From: an uncultured Spirochaetaceae bacterium
Lineage (GTDB): Bacteria; Spirochaetota; Spirochaetia; DSM-27196; PWMO01
DNA length: 56,539 bases
Assembly: GCA_964623865.1 (NCBI GenBank)
Contig: CAZUVX010000013.1
Coordinates: 1-56,539 of the forward strand
Reading direction: 5' to 3'
Position numbers and translations under genes: made by a program
The notes under the pieces: model-generated
What the model saw: only the letters and a program-made list of their open reading frames with translations
Told to the model about the DNA's origin: nothing
The model's database searches: none
Shown here: positions 9,134 to 20,058 of the stretch, in pieces
Layout of the letters: each line of letters starts with the position of its first letter
How positions within the stretch are numbered: position 1 is the first letter of the stretch

Positions 9134-9526
9134 CTACAGGGTGAACGGTTCGGGAAGGAGCTCCCGAAGCTCAACGGTCCGCTCGATACCGTCAACCGTG
9201 GCAAGGTGGATCTTGAATTCCGGCGAGCAGAACTCGGCGAGGACCTGGAGGCAGATTGCGCAGGGTACCGCCGCAGGCTTCGCATCCGTAACGAGAACCA
9301 TGAACTCCAGGTTCGAATCTCCGCGCGCCGCTACGGCGTTGAAGATGGCGACGCGCTCGCCGCACACGCCGGCGCCGAAGCTGGCGTTCTCAATGTTGCA
9401 TCCGCCGTAGATCGTCGCGTCACCGGCTGCCTTCACGGCGGCGCCAACGCGGAACTTCGAGTACGGCGCGTACGCCTTCTCCTTCATTGCCTTGGCTACA
9501 TCGAAAGCTGTTTGGGTGAAATCCAT
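9134..9526 (-). CDS. cdd: Cytidine deaminase
   Basis: 130 aa. The zinc-binding motifs VCGERVA and PCAICLQV are typical of homotetrameric cytidine deaminases. Confidence 0.9.
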   Translation of the reverse strand: MDFTQTAFDVAKAMKEKAYAPYSKFRVGAAVKAAGDATIYGGCNIENASFGAGVCGERVAIFNAVAARGDSNLEFMVLVTDAKPAAVPCAICLQVLAEFCSPEFKIHLATVDGIERTVELRELLPEPFTL

Positions 9527-9694
9527 ACGCTACCTTACCACAGACCGGCGACCTGCGTCGCCAAACGGCTGCCTCCATCAGCGCGAGGGACCGGCTTCCT
9601 CGAGCTCCCTCGTGATACGGTGAACACCTCGCCCATGAGCATCCGGCGTGACTCCCCGTTGTTCAATCCTCGTTCCATGACCCCGCCACGCTCG

Positions 9695-10459
9695 CTATCT
9701 CGTCTCCCGCGCCCGGGGAGCGTAGAAGATACTCTCGAGCCGGCTCAGAGCCCAGTCCACCAGAAGGGCCAGGAGGGCGGCGGTGACGGCGCCGGAGAAA
9801 ACGAAGGCGATATTGTCCCGCACCAGCCCGGCGATGATGATGACGCCAAGGCCGCCGGCACCGACGACGGCGCCCACCGTGGCCGTTCCTATGTTGATTA
9901 CCACCGAGGTACGGACCCCCGCGGCAATGACCCGCGCCGCCAGGGGCAGCTCCGAGAGAAAGAGGACCTGGAGCTTCGTCATGCCGATGCCCCGGGATGC
10001 CTCGGTGAGATCGGACGGAATAGCCTCCATGCCGGAGATGGTGTTATTGAGCACCGGCAGGATGCTGTAGATGAAGAGCGCGACAACGGTCGGCTGGAAG
10101 CCGAAGCCGAGAGCGGGCACGGCGAGGGCCAGAACCGCCACGGGAGGAAAGGTCTGAGCGAGCGAGCTGATGTCCTGGACAACGGACAGAAAGTCCCGCC
10201 CGACGGGGTGGGTCACGAAGACTCCCAGAGCCACCCCAACGAAGGTGGCGGCGACGCTGGAAACCAGGACCAGGACAAGATGCTCCCGGAGCAGCGTGCC
10301 AAGACCGGCTCGCGGGTAGAGATGTTGCTGAGCGTCCGGAAAGACGGCCTTGAGGAGCCCCTCCAGGAGCTCCTCATTGACGACGATGGTAGCGAAGAGA
10401 CCAATGATAACCAGAAGCGGGAGAACGCCGAGAAGGTGCCGGCCCAGGGTCTTCCGCAT
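9695..10459 (-). CDS. Osmoprotectant (glycine betaine/choline/carnitine type) ABC transporter permease
   Basis: 254-aa polytopic protein of the BPD-transporter family. Embedded in an OpuC-like four-gene unit, with an ATGA-type junction to the ATPase gene. Confidence 0.85.
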   Translation of the reverse strand: MRKTLGRHLLGVLPLLVIIGLFATIVVNEELLEGLLKAVFPDAQQHLYPRAGLGTLLREHLVLVLVSSVAATFVGVALGVFVTHPVGRDFLSVVQDISSLAQTFPPVAVLALAVPALGFGFQPTVVALFIYSILPVLNNTISGMEAIPSDLTEASRGIGMTKLQVLFLSELPLAARVIAAGVRTSVVINIGTATVGAVVGAGGLGVIIIAGLVRDNIAFVFSGAVTAALLALLVDWALSRLESIFYAPRARETR

Positions 10460-11562
10460 CAGTCCAGCCCCTCCTGGTTCAGCCGCTCAATGTCCATGAG
10501 CCGCACCTCGCCGAGAATGCGGTCCTCTTCGTCCAGGACCGGCACCGCCTTCAGTCCCTGCCCAAGAATGCGGGACAACGCCTCGCGCAGATCCGCGATG
10601 ATCCGAACCCCGACGTCTCCGGGCTTGACCGCGGTGATCCTCTCGGGATCGAGGTTCCCTTCGGCGTTCAGCTTCCGCTCGTCAAGCATGCCGACAAGGC
10701 GCCCATCATCGTCATGAATCCATAAAAGACCGACCCCGGAGGTGAAGGCGCCTCGTGTGGCCCCGGCAAGGTCGTCGCGCTTCATGAGAACCGCCTCGCG
10801 CAGGTAGTCCTCAACACTGAAGCAGGAGAGGCGCTTCAGTGCGCGGTCGTTGCCGACGAAGTCCCGGACGAACTGGTTGGCGGGACGCGCAAGGATGTGC
10901 TCCGGCGTATCGTGCTGCACGATCTCGCCGTCCCGCATGATGGCAATGCGGTCGCCGAGACGGATCGCCTCGTCGAGATCGTGGGTAACGAAGATGACCG
11001 TCTTGCGGAGCTTGTGCTGGAGGTTGATGAACTCGCTCTGGAGAACCTCGCGATTGAGCGGATCAACGGCGCCGAAGGGCTCATCCATGAGCATGGTCGG
11101 CGGATTTGCCGCCAGGGCGCGGGCGACACCGATTCGCTGCGCCTCACCACCGGATAGCTCCGACGGATACTTGAGTCGATACTGCGCGGGGTCGAGTCCA
11201 ATGGTTGCGAGCAGCTCATCCGCGCGCGCGTAGCGCTCCTCCTTCGACCATCCGAGGAGGCGCGGCACAATGCCGATGTTGTCGCGCACGGACATGTGGG
11301 GAAAGAGGCCCACGCTCTGAATGACGTAGCCGATGCCCCGGCGCAGGGTCTCGACGGATGCGTCCCGGACGCTTTGACCGCGAATGAAGATCTCTCCCGC
11401 AGTGGGATCCAGCATTCGGTTGGTCATCCGCAGGGTGGTGGTCTTCCCACACCCCGAGGGCCCAATGAGGACGCAAACCTCACCCTCCTCGACGGCAAAG
11501 CTGATATCCGACACGGCGGTGAAGTCGCCGTACTTCTTGGTCACCGAACGAAACTCGATCAT
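10459..11562 (-). CDS. Osmoprotectant ABC transporter ATP-binding protein with C-terminal tandem CBS domains
   Basis: Walker A GPSGCGKTT, signature LSGGEAQR, Walker B TMLMDEPF, and a C-terminal CBS pair as in OpuCA/OpuAA/ProV. Confidence 0.92.
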   Translation of the reverse strand: MIEFRSVTKKYGDFTAVSDISFAVEEGEVCVLIGPSGCGKTTTLRMTNRMLDPTAGEIFIRGQSVRDASVETLRRGIGYVIQSVGLFPHMSVRDNIGIVPRLLGWSKEERYARADELLATIGLDPAQYRLKYPSELSGGEAQRIGVARALAANPPTMLMDEPFGAVDPLNREVLQSEFINLQHKLRKTVIFVTHDLDEAIRLGDRIAIMRDGEIVQHDTPEHILARPANQFVRDFVGNDRALKRLSCFSVEDYLREAVLMKRDDLAGATRGAFTSGVGLLWIHDDDGRLVGMLDERKLNAEGNLDPERITAVKPGDVGVRIIADLREALSRILGQGLKAVPVLDEEDRILGEVRLMDIERLNQEGLD

Positions 11563-12740
11563 GCCAACTCCCTCTTCGATCCCCGCGGCGTGACTCTGTC
11601 GATGACAAGGCCGAGGATACGGTCCAGTGCGACCGCCATGAAGATGATGGGCAACACACCCATGACAATCAGGTCCGGCGCCGCCTGACCGAGGCCCTGA
11701 AAGACGAAGCGTCCCAGGCCGCCGGCCCCGATCAGCGCGGCGACGGCGGTGTTCCCCACCGCCTGCACGGCGGAAGTCCGAATGCCCGACAGGACTATCG
11801 GTATTGAGAGTGGAAACTCCACGAACCGCAGGAGTTGCCGCCGATTCATCCCCACTCCGCTTCCCGCATCTACGACGGCGTCGGGAATCACCGCGAGGCT
11901 GGTGTAGGCGTTCCGAACGATCGGCAAGAGGGCGTACAGAGTCAGAGCGATCAACGCCGGCGCATTGCCGATCCCTTGAATCCCCATCTGACGAAGTGCG
12001 GGGAAGCGCTGGGAGAGGTACGCCAGGGGTGCGATCATGAGACCGAACAGCGCCAGGCTCGGGATGGTCTGGATGCCGTTCACCACGACGAAGATCGGTC
12101 GCTCCAGGCGACTGCGCTTCCAGGCGAGAAGTCCGAGGGGCACCCCGATGATCACGGCAAAAGACACGGCGGTGCCGCTCAGATAGATGTGGTTGAAAAA
12201 CTCCCGCACGAAACGTTCCCGGCGATTGTGAAACTCCTTCAGGATAGCCAGGTCGTCCAGGCTGCCGAGAACCAGAAGCGCCGCCAGAATCACGAAGGGG
12301 GCAACGGAGATAATCGTTCGCGCCGTCGGTGATACGGGCGCGTTTCGGAGTGATCCGTCGACCAGAACGAAGCTGCTGAGCATGAGGAGCCAGAAGCCCA
12401 CCGACGGCGCGATCCGGCCGAACTCGAAACCCTCCCGCTCCAGAATGAATCCGGTGTTCGACAGAAGCAGGAGCGCCGCCGTGAAGATCACCAGACCCCC
12501 GCCGACCTTGGCGTATCGGATCCGGAGGCTCTCTCCCATGCGGGACAGGACCAGGCTCCCGAGAAGCGCCGCCGCCAAGACGCCGAAAAGGAGCGGTGCC
12601 GGAAGCTCCCAGAGGAAATGGGCCACTCCCTCAACGACCCGGTTCTCCTTGACGACCACGAAGGGAAAAAAAAGGGACACACTTCCGATGATTGCACCGA
12701 GAAGTGTGACCCGTTCAAATGACTGACTGCGCAGGTTCAC
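11559..12740 (-). CDS. Osmoprotectant ABC transporter permease with an extra N-terminal membrane domain
   Basis: The C-terminal half is a BPD-transporter permease; the N-terminal half adds further TM helices. The start is uncertain (GTG at 12740 chosen because it lies just downstream of the binding-protein stop; the ORF is open to 12827). Confidence 0.8.
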   Translation of the reverse strand: MNLRSQSFERVTLLGAIIGSVSLFFPFVVVKENRVVEGVAHFLWELPAPLLFGVLAAALLGSLVLSRMGESLRIRYAKVGGGLVIFTAALLLLSNTGFILEREGFEFGRIAPSVGFWLLMLSSFVLVDGSLRNAPVSPTARTIISVAPFVILAALLVLGSLDDLAILKEFHNRRERFVREFFNHIYLSGTAVSFAVIIGVPLGLLAWKRSRLERPIFVVVNGIQTIPSLALFGLMIAPLAYLSQRFPALRQMGIQGIGNAPALIALTLYALLPIVRNAYTSLAVIPDAVVDAGSGVGMNRRQLLRFVEFPLSIPIVLSGIRTSAVQAVGNTAVAALIGAGGLGRFVFQGLGQAAPDLIVMGVLPIIFMAVALDRILGLVIDRVTPRGSKRELA

Positions 12741-12756
12741 GTTCAATCGGTTCGGT

Positions 12757-13719
12757 CTAGTCCCGGTCGAGGAAGCCGGCATCCTCCAGATATTCCCGGG
12801 CAACCTGTGAGGCGTTGCGGCCCTCAACGGCGATCTGCGAGTTGAGGCCCTGCAGCCGCTCCAGGTCCAGGCTTTGGAAGACCGGGTTCAGGAGGTCGGC
12901 GATCTCGGGATACTGATCCATGATCTCGCCCCGCACCAGCGGCGCAGGCTCGTAGACCGGCATGACCCCCTGGGAGTCGCGCATCACTTTCAGGCCAAGA
13001 GCGGGGAGCTGACCGTCCGTGCCGTAGGCCATTGCCGCATTCACGCCGTCGGTCTGTCGCGCCGCAGCCTGGCTCGTTGTGGCGGTGTTCCCGCCGGAAA
13101 AGGTCAGCAACTGCGAGTCATCCAGATCGAAGTCGTAGGTCTCCTCGAAGGCCGGGAGAACATCCTCCCGACTCACGAACTCCTCGCTCGCCGCCAGTTT
13201 GAACTCACCACCGTCGCGGATGAATTCCGCCATATCCTCCAGCGTGTTGAGACTCTCCCGCTCGGCGAGGTCTTCACGGACGGCGATCGCCCAGGTGTTA
13301 TTGGCGGGGGCCGGCTCGAGCCACACCAGACCGTGCTCTTCCTCGTCCAGCTCCTTCACGGTGTCGTAGCCCTGCCGGGCGTTCTTCCAGACGTCCCCCG
13401 GGCTGTCGGGGTAGAAGAAGGCGCCGTTGCCGGTGTACTCGGGATAGACATCGATCTCGCCGCTGATGATCGCCTTGCGAACGACGTCGGTGGTTCCGAA
13501 CTCGGTATTGTCCACGACCTCGAAGCCGTCGGCTCGCAGAACCTGAACGACCATATTGCCGAGCAGAGCTCCCTCGGTATCGATCTTCGAAGCGACCACG
13601 ATTGGTCCTTTCGTCTCTTCCATCGCCTCCTCTTGCTCTCCGGCAGCAAATGCAGTCAGGGCGACGACAAGAAACAGCGCAGCCGCGAGGACCGGTCGCA
13701 GGAACGTCCGTGCGTTCAT
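12757..13719 (-). CDS. Glycine betaine/osmoprotectant ABC transporter substrate-binding protein
   Basis: AGGAG RBS and ATG at 13719. Signal peptide MNARTFLRPVLAAALFLVVALTAFAAG, then an OpuCC/OsmF-like body (VASKIDTEGALLGNM..., YPEYTGN). Confidence 0.85.
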   Translation of the reverse strand: MNARTFLRPVLAAALFLVVALTAFAAGEQEEAMEETKGPIVVASKIDTEGALLGNMVVQVLRADGFEVVDNTEFGTTDVVRKAIISGEIDVYPEYTGNGAFFYPDSPGDVWKNARQGYDTVKELDEEEHGLVWLEPAPANNTWAIAVREDLAERESLNTLEDMAEFIRDGGEFKLAASEEFVSREDVLPAFEETYDFDLDDSQLLTFSGGNTATTSQAAARQTDGVNAAMAYGTDGQLPALGLKVMRDSQGVMPVYEPAPLVRGEIMDQYPEIADLLNPVFQSLDLERLQGLNSQIAVEGRNASQVAREYLEDAGFLDRD

Positions 13720-13783
13720 AGTTGGACTCCTTTCAGTACGGTATTCTGGATGCTTCAGTCTAAAATACCGCGCATATGACCTA

Positions 13784-13812
13784 AGGATAGGGAGGCCTCT
13801 CGGGAAGGTCAA
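13784..13812 (-). promoter_or_regulatory. Sigma70-like promoter for the osmoprotectant ABC operon (TTGACC-17 nt-TATCCT)
   Basis: On the minus strand, TTGACC (13807..13812), a 17-nt spacer, then TATCCT (13784..13789). Followed by a 7-bp inverted repeat CGGTATT/AATACCG (13739..13770) in the leader. Confidence 0.4.
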
Positions 13813-13866
13813 ATTCACACGGCCCGCCGACGTGGCGACGCGGCCCGGCGACGTCGCGACGCGGGA

Positions 13867-15762
<1,896 letters not shown>

Positions 15763-15766
<4 letters not shown>

Positions 15767-17019
15767 TGCACGCTCACCTCCATGACGGAGTTGGCGGTGA
15801 ACCGCACCTTCTCCAGGTCCTTCGTTCGCAGCTTGACGCTGATCATCTCGGAGGGTTGCACGTGGTTCTTCTTGATCGAGCGCACCGGGACGTTATCAAT
15901 GGAGATATTGACCCGCGCGTTGTTCTTCACCACGAGGGACCGCATGTAGAGCTTGTCCGGTGCATCCGGATCGAACTGCGCGGGATTCACGTACTTGATG
16001 TTGGCGCCGGCGCGAATCTGCACCTGCCGCTTCGGACGCTTCCGCAGGAGATAGTCCGCGGCGTGTCCGCCGGTGCGCCGCGACTCCTCGGAGACGTAGT
16101 CAACCAAGTCGTGCACGTGCAGCACGTTCCCACAGGAGAAGATGCCGTCGACGCTGGTCATCATGGTCGAGTCCACCAGGGGTCCGCCGGTTTGCGGATT
16201 CAGCTCCACCCCCGCCGACTTGGAAAGCTCGTTTTCCGGAATCAGCCCGACCGACAGGAGGACCGTGTCACAGGCGATCTCGAACGACTGATCCGTGTCG
16301 GGAATGCCGTTCTCCAGCGGCGTGACCCGGACCCCCTCGACGCGCTCCTTGCCGTGGATCTCCGAGACGACGTGACTCAGGTATAGGGGGATCTGAAAAT
16401 CATTGAGACACTGGACGATGTTTCTGGTCAGGCCGGATGGATAGGGCTGGATCTCTACGACGGCGTGAACCTTCGCCCCGACCCAGGTCATTCGCCGCGC
16501 CATTATGAGGCCAATGTCGCCCGACCCGACCACGACGACGTCCTTTCCGGGGATGTACCCTTCAATGTTGACCAACCGCTGGGCAAGACCGGCGGTGTAG
16601 ACCCCGGCGGGTCTGGTACCGGGGATCCGGATGTTCCCCCGGTTGCGCTCCCGACACCCCATGGCCAGGATGACGGCCCGGGCGGAGATCCTCACCACTC
16701 CGTTGAGGGAGGAGAAGCACGCCGCCTCCTTCTGATCACCGTTGTCGGTGAGCTCTATCACGGTCGTGCTCAGAAAGACGTCGATTCCGGCGTCGCGAAC
16801 CTGGTCAATGAACTCCTCGGCGTACTCGGGCCCGGTGAACTCCTTCTTGAACTCCTGCAGACCGAAGCCGTTGTGGATGCACTGCAGGAGAATGCCCCCG
16901 AGACTCCCCTCCCGCTCCACGATCACCGGGGTGAATCCGCGACGGTGCACTTCCATGGCGGCGGCCATTCCCGCGGCCCCACCTCCGATTACCAGTACGT
17001 CGTATTCCAACTCCGTCAT
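15763..17019 (-). CDS. FAD/NAD(P)-binding pyridine nucleotide-disulfide oxidoreductase (NADH-oxidase-like subunit)
   Basis: ATG at 17019 overlaps the upstream stop (ATGA). Two dinucleotide folds (DVLVIGGGAAGMAAA and VVVVGSGDIG). Confidence 0.85.
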
Positions 17020-18449
17020 AGTCGTCCCACCAGTAGCTTGCTCCGGCCGCCCCGCTTCGTAATCTCCTCGGCGGACATGCCGGTCTCCCGCATGAGGATC
17101 TTCAAGACCTTGTAGGTGCAGAAGCCCCCCTGGCATCGCCCCGCCCTGGCGCGGGTGAAGAACTTGATGCCGTCAAGGGTTGTATGACCCCGCCGAATGG
17201 CTCGCAGGATCTCCGCCTCGGAAACCTCTTCACAGCGGCAGACGATCTCCCCGTAGGCGGGGTCCTTCGCCACGAGCTGGTCCGCTTCGTAAGGGCTGGC
17301 CCCGCGGATCCGCGCGACCCGGTCGACGTAGGGATCGAAGTCGGTCTTCTCCGTGAGGGAGCACCCCGCCGTCTTCAGGAGGTCCTTCACATACTCCGCA
17401 ATCGCGGGAGCAGCGGTGAGCCCCGGCGACTGTATACCGGCAACCTGAATAAGCTGAGGCGCCTTCTCGGAAACGGCAATGTAGAAGTCGCCGTCCGGAA
17501 GGACCGGGCGGAGACCGGCAAAGGAGGTGATCGCGTCGTTCTGGGAGACGACGGGCACCATCTTCCGGGCGGAGTCGAAGATCCGATCCAGCGCCTCGGC
17601 GTGGGTCGACGTATCCTCCTTGTCGTCAATGTCATCGGCGGTGGGCCCGATCAACACGGTACCCTCAACCGTCGGAATGACGAGCATGCCCTTGGAAACC
17701 TTGGTGGGCACCGGGAAGAGCACCCGCTGCGGAGCTGCCTGGGTCTGTCGATCCAGGAGGTAGTACTCCCCCTTCCGCGGCTTGATTTGGAACTCTTCGC
17801 CGCCGAAGATCCGGGAGATCTCATCGGCGTAGAGGCCGGCGGCGTTGACGACGTACCTGCCGCGGATGGAGCGGCCGTCCGCCGCATGGACCGTGTACAC
17901 GCCGTCGGCGAACGCCGCCCGTACCACCTGAAAGTCGGTGACGAGGCGGAGGCCGTTCTTCCGGGCGTTCTCCACCAGGGCAAAGACGAAGCGATAGGGC
18001 TCAATGATGCCGCCCCCCGGGGCGTACAGGCCGCCCACCACGTCCGCGTTGAGTTTGGGTTCGAGCTGAAGCATGCGATCCCGCGAGCACATCTCGATCC
18101 CGATTGCACCGTTGGTGACGCCCTGCTCGTAGAGATGATTGATGTACTTCATCTCCTCATCCTTGAGCGCCACGACGAGGATGCCGCAGCGACTGAAGGG
18201 GAAGTCCAGCTCCCGCCGGAGGCGGTCGAACATGACGTTCCCCTGCACCTCCAGTCGCGTCTTGAGGTAATTGGCGGGATGGTGGAACCCACCGTGAATG
18301 ATGCCGGAGTTCGCCTTGGAGGTTCCGAAAGAGACATCCGCCTCCTTCTCCACCAGGACAACGTCCAGCCGGTACGCCGACAGGGTCCGCGCAATTGCCG
18401 CGCCGGTCACTCCGGCTCCAATGATTACGACGTCTGCATCAACGCTCAT
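17016..18449 (-). CDS. FAD-dependent glycerol-3-phosphate dehydrogenase (GlpA-like) with a BFD-like [2Fe-2S] domain
   Basis: DVVIIGAGVTGAAIA FAD fold of the DAO family. C-terminal CRCEEVSEAEIL...RAGRCQGGFC BFD-like motif. Co-operonic with glpK. Confidence 0.88.
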   Translation of the reverse strand: MSVDADVVIIGAGVTGAAIARTLSAYRLDVVLVEKEADVSFGTSKANSGIIHGGFHHPANYLKTRLEVQGNVMFDRLRRELDFPFSRCGILVVALKDEEMKYINHLYEQGVTNGAIGIEMCSRDRMLQLEPKLNADVVGGLYAPGGGIIEPYRFVFALVENARKNGLRLVTDFQVVRAAFADGVYTVHAADGRSIRGRYVVNAAGLYADEISRIFGGEEFQIKPRKGEYYLLDRQTQAAPQRVLFPVPTKVSKGMLVIPTVEGTVLIGPTADDIDDKEDTSTHAEALDRIFDSARKMVPVVSQNDAITSFAGLRPVLPDGDFYIAVSEKAPQLIQVAGIQSPGLTAAPAIAEYVKDLLKTAGCSLTEKTDFDPYVDRVARIRGASPYEADQLVAKDPAYGEIVCRCEEVSEAEILRAIRRGHTTLDGIKFFTRARAGRCQGGFCTYKVLKILMRETGMSAEEITKRGGRSKLLVGRL

Positions 18450-20058
18450 CAGACCTTCCTTCCGTTGATCCGGACCGGGGCGCCGTGCCGGATACGTCGC
18501 CGTCCGGGTCGGCGTCGGACCGGGCGATGTAGGACTCCGAACCCCGCCGCGAGCCGCTCAGGAGCAGGCACACCTGCTGCGTCTCCGGCGCCATCTCGTC
18601 GGGGGAGCCCCCCCGGCGGCGACGTTCGAGCTCGTCTCGCAGAATTGCGTGGCGCTGCGGGGTAATGGGAAAGCGAAAGCCCACAAGAATCCCGAAGAGG
18701 ATCAGAACCGCGGGTCCAATCACAAAGAATACGCGCAGACCCGTCAAGGCCGCCTGGGGGACATCCGCCCCGGGAGCAAAGCCGATGATCTCCAGGACTA
18801 CGCCGACGAGCGGGAGCGCCAGAAGACCCTGCACGGCCTTGCGAGTCAGCGTCATGGCGCCCGAATACACTCCGGCGCGGCGCATACCGTAGAGGTACTC
18901 ATCGACATCAATGACTGAGGGGAGAATGGCCCAGGGCACCATGATCCCCGCCGACACACCCGCGCCGATCACGACGCAGACTGCGGCAATGGCGACTACC
19001 GAGGACTCCCCGGTCAGGCTCAGGCTCGCCAGGAGCCCGACCAACCAGATGGATAGGCCGACTACGTAGGCGCGCCCCTTGCCCCAGCGGTTGGAGATGG
19101 CCACATACACCGGCAACATGACGATCTGCGTCAGCAGGAGCGAGCCCATGGCGACGGAGTACAGGCTCTGTCGGCCGATGTAGTAGGTGATGTAGTAGGC
19201 AAAGAGCGCCATGAGGACGTCCACGGCGGTGTAGGAGAGAATGTACATGGCCACGTGAATGCGGAAAGAGCGGTTGGTGAAGATGCGGCCGAACTGCCGG
19301 AAGACATCCAGCGGCCCCGCTGCGCCGGTGGTACGGACCCGAACGGACTCCTGCGGCAGCTCCCACGTGCCGAGGAAGACCGGCAGCCACACCACCCCGT
19401 AGAGGACGGCGAAGGCAATACCCATCACCAGATAGCCGATCGACTGGTCGCCGCCGACGGCGTTGATGATGAGCGTGGGGATGGTTCCCGCCAGGAGGGC
19501 CGAGACCTGCGAAAAGATGATGCGCGTGCCGGACAGCCGAGTCCGCACCGCGTAGTCCCGGGACATCTCCGCGTTGAGAGCGGAGTACGGCACCATGACC
19601 ATGGTGAAGACGGTGCTGAAGAGCATGTATGCCAGGCTGTAGTAGATGAACAGGCCAACCTGGCTGCCGGAAGGAATGGGTAACCACAGCGCGGCAAAGC
19701 TCAGGATGATGGGGATGATCCCGATCAGGAAGTAGACGCGCCGGCGGCCGAAGCGGCTCTTGGTGCGGTCCGAGATGTAGCCCATCAGCGGGTCCGTCAC
19801 GGCATCCCACACCTTGCCGATGGCGAAGACCACTCCCGCCAGAGCCGGAGACATGCCCACGACCTCCGTAAGGAAGAAGAGAAAGAGCATGCCGATGAGG
19901 AGGAAGGAACCGCCCCCGTAGAGGTCGCCGATTCCGTAGGCCATGAGGTTCAGCGGACCGACTCGCCGCTCCCGACCGCCGTCATCCGGCCTTGCCCCGC
20001 CCGGAGCCGCCCCGCCCGGAGCCGCCCCGCCCTGGTCGTCGTTGCGTGTCCCGCTCAC
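18439..20058 (-). CDS. Glycoside-pentoside-hexuronide (GPH):cation symporter family transporter (YihO/YihP/MelB-like)
   Basis: AGGAG RBS then GTG at 20058, overlapping the GH31 stop (GTGA). MAYGIGDLYGGG...GKVWDAVTDPLMGYISDRTKSRFGRRR is the GPH signature region. 12-TM-like body and a long hydrophilic C-tail. The start is moderately uncertain. Confidence 0.85.
   Translation of the reverse strand: MSGTRNDDQGGAAPGGAAPGGARPDDGGRERRVGPLNLMAYGIGDLYGGGSFLLIGMLFLFFLTEVVGMSPALAGVVFAIGKVWDAVTDPLMGYISDRTKSRFGRRRVYFLIGIIPIILSFAALWLPIPSGSQVGLFIYYSLAYMLFSTVFTMVMVPYSALNAEMSRDYAVRTRLSGTRIIFSQVSALLAGTIPTLIINAVGGDQSIGYLVMGIAFAVLYGVVWLPVFLGTWELPQESVRVRTTGAAGPLDVFRQFGRIFTNRSFRIHVAMYILSYTAVDVLMALFAYYITYYIGRQSLYSVAMGSLLLTQIVMLPVYVAISNRWGKGRAYVVGLSIWLVGLLASLSLTGESSVVAIAAVCVVIGAGVSAGIMVPWAILPSVIDVDEYLYGMRRAGVYSGAMTLTRKAVQGLLALPLVGVVLEIIGFAPGADVPQAALTGLRVFFVIGPAVLILFGILVGFRFPITPQRHAILRDELERRRRGGSPDEMAPETQQVCLLLSGSRRGSESYIARSDADPDGDVSGTAPRSGSTEGRSDER
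19994..20035. repeat. 15-bp tandem repeat, about 2.8 copies (GCCCCGCCCGGAGCC)
   Basis: Copies at 19994..20008 and 20009..20023, and a partial copy at 20024..20035. Encodes GGAAPGGAAPGGA near the N-terminus of the GPH transporter. Confidence 0.85.

Noticed and set aside
9206-10717. 503-aa plus-strand ORF spanning the cdd/opu region. Similar long ORFs occur at 52..942, 1204..2202, 3369..4226 and 12874..13779.
   Set aside because: These are Arg/Gly/Pro/Asp-rich, low-complexity translations lying antisense to ORFs with unmistakable family motifs (ABC permease/ATPase, CPBP, CBS and others). Such shadow ORFs are expected in GC-rich DNA, where stop codons are rare on the antisense strand.
13820-13861. 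Imperfect 21-bp direct repeat (CGGCCCGCCGACGTGGCGACG / CGGCCCGGCGACGTCGCGACG) with an internal GCGACGTCGC palindrome just downstream of glpK, considered as a terminator or mobile-element end.
   Set aside because: There are only two copies, no flanking target duplication or transposase, and no convincing stem plus U tract. It may contribute to termination, but the evidence is too weak to call a feature.
17184-18665. 493-aa plus-strand ORF antisense to the GlpA-like gene. Similar cases are 14251..14955, 15766..16386, 16465..17115, 19992..21182, 21342..22247 and 22244..23488.
   Set aside because: No recognisable domains and an extreme Arg/Gly/Pro/His bias. Each is fully contained opposite a confidently identified enzyme gene (GlpK, oxidoreductases, GH31, Gfo/Idh/MocA).
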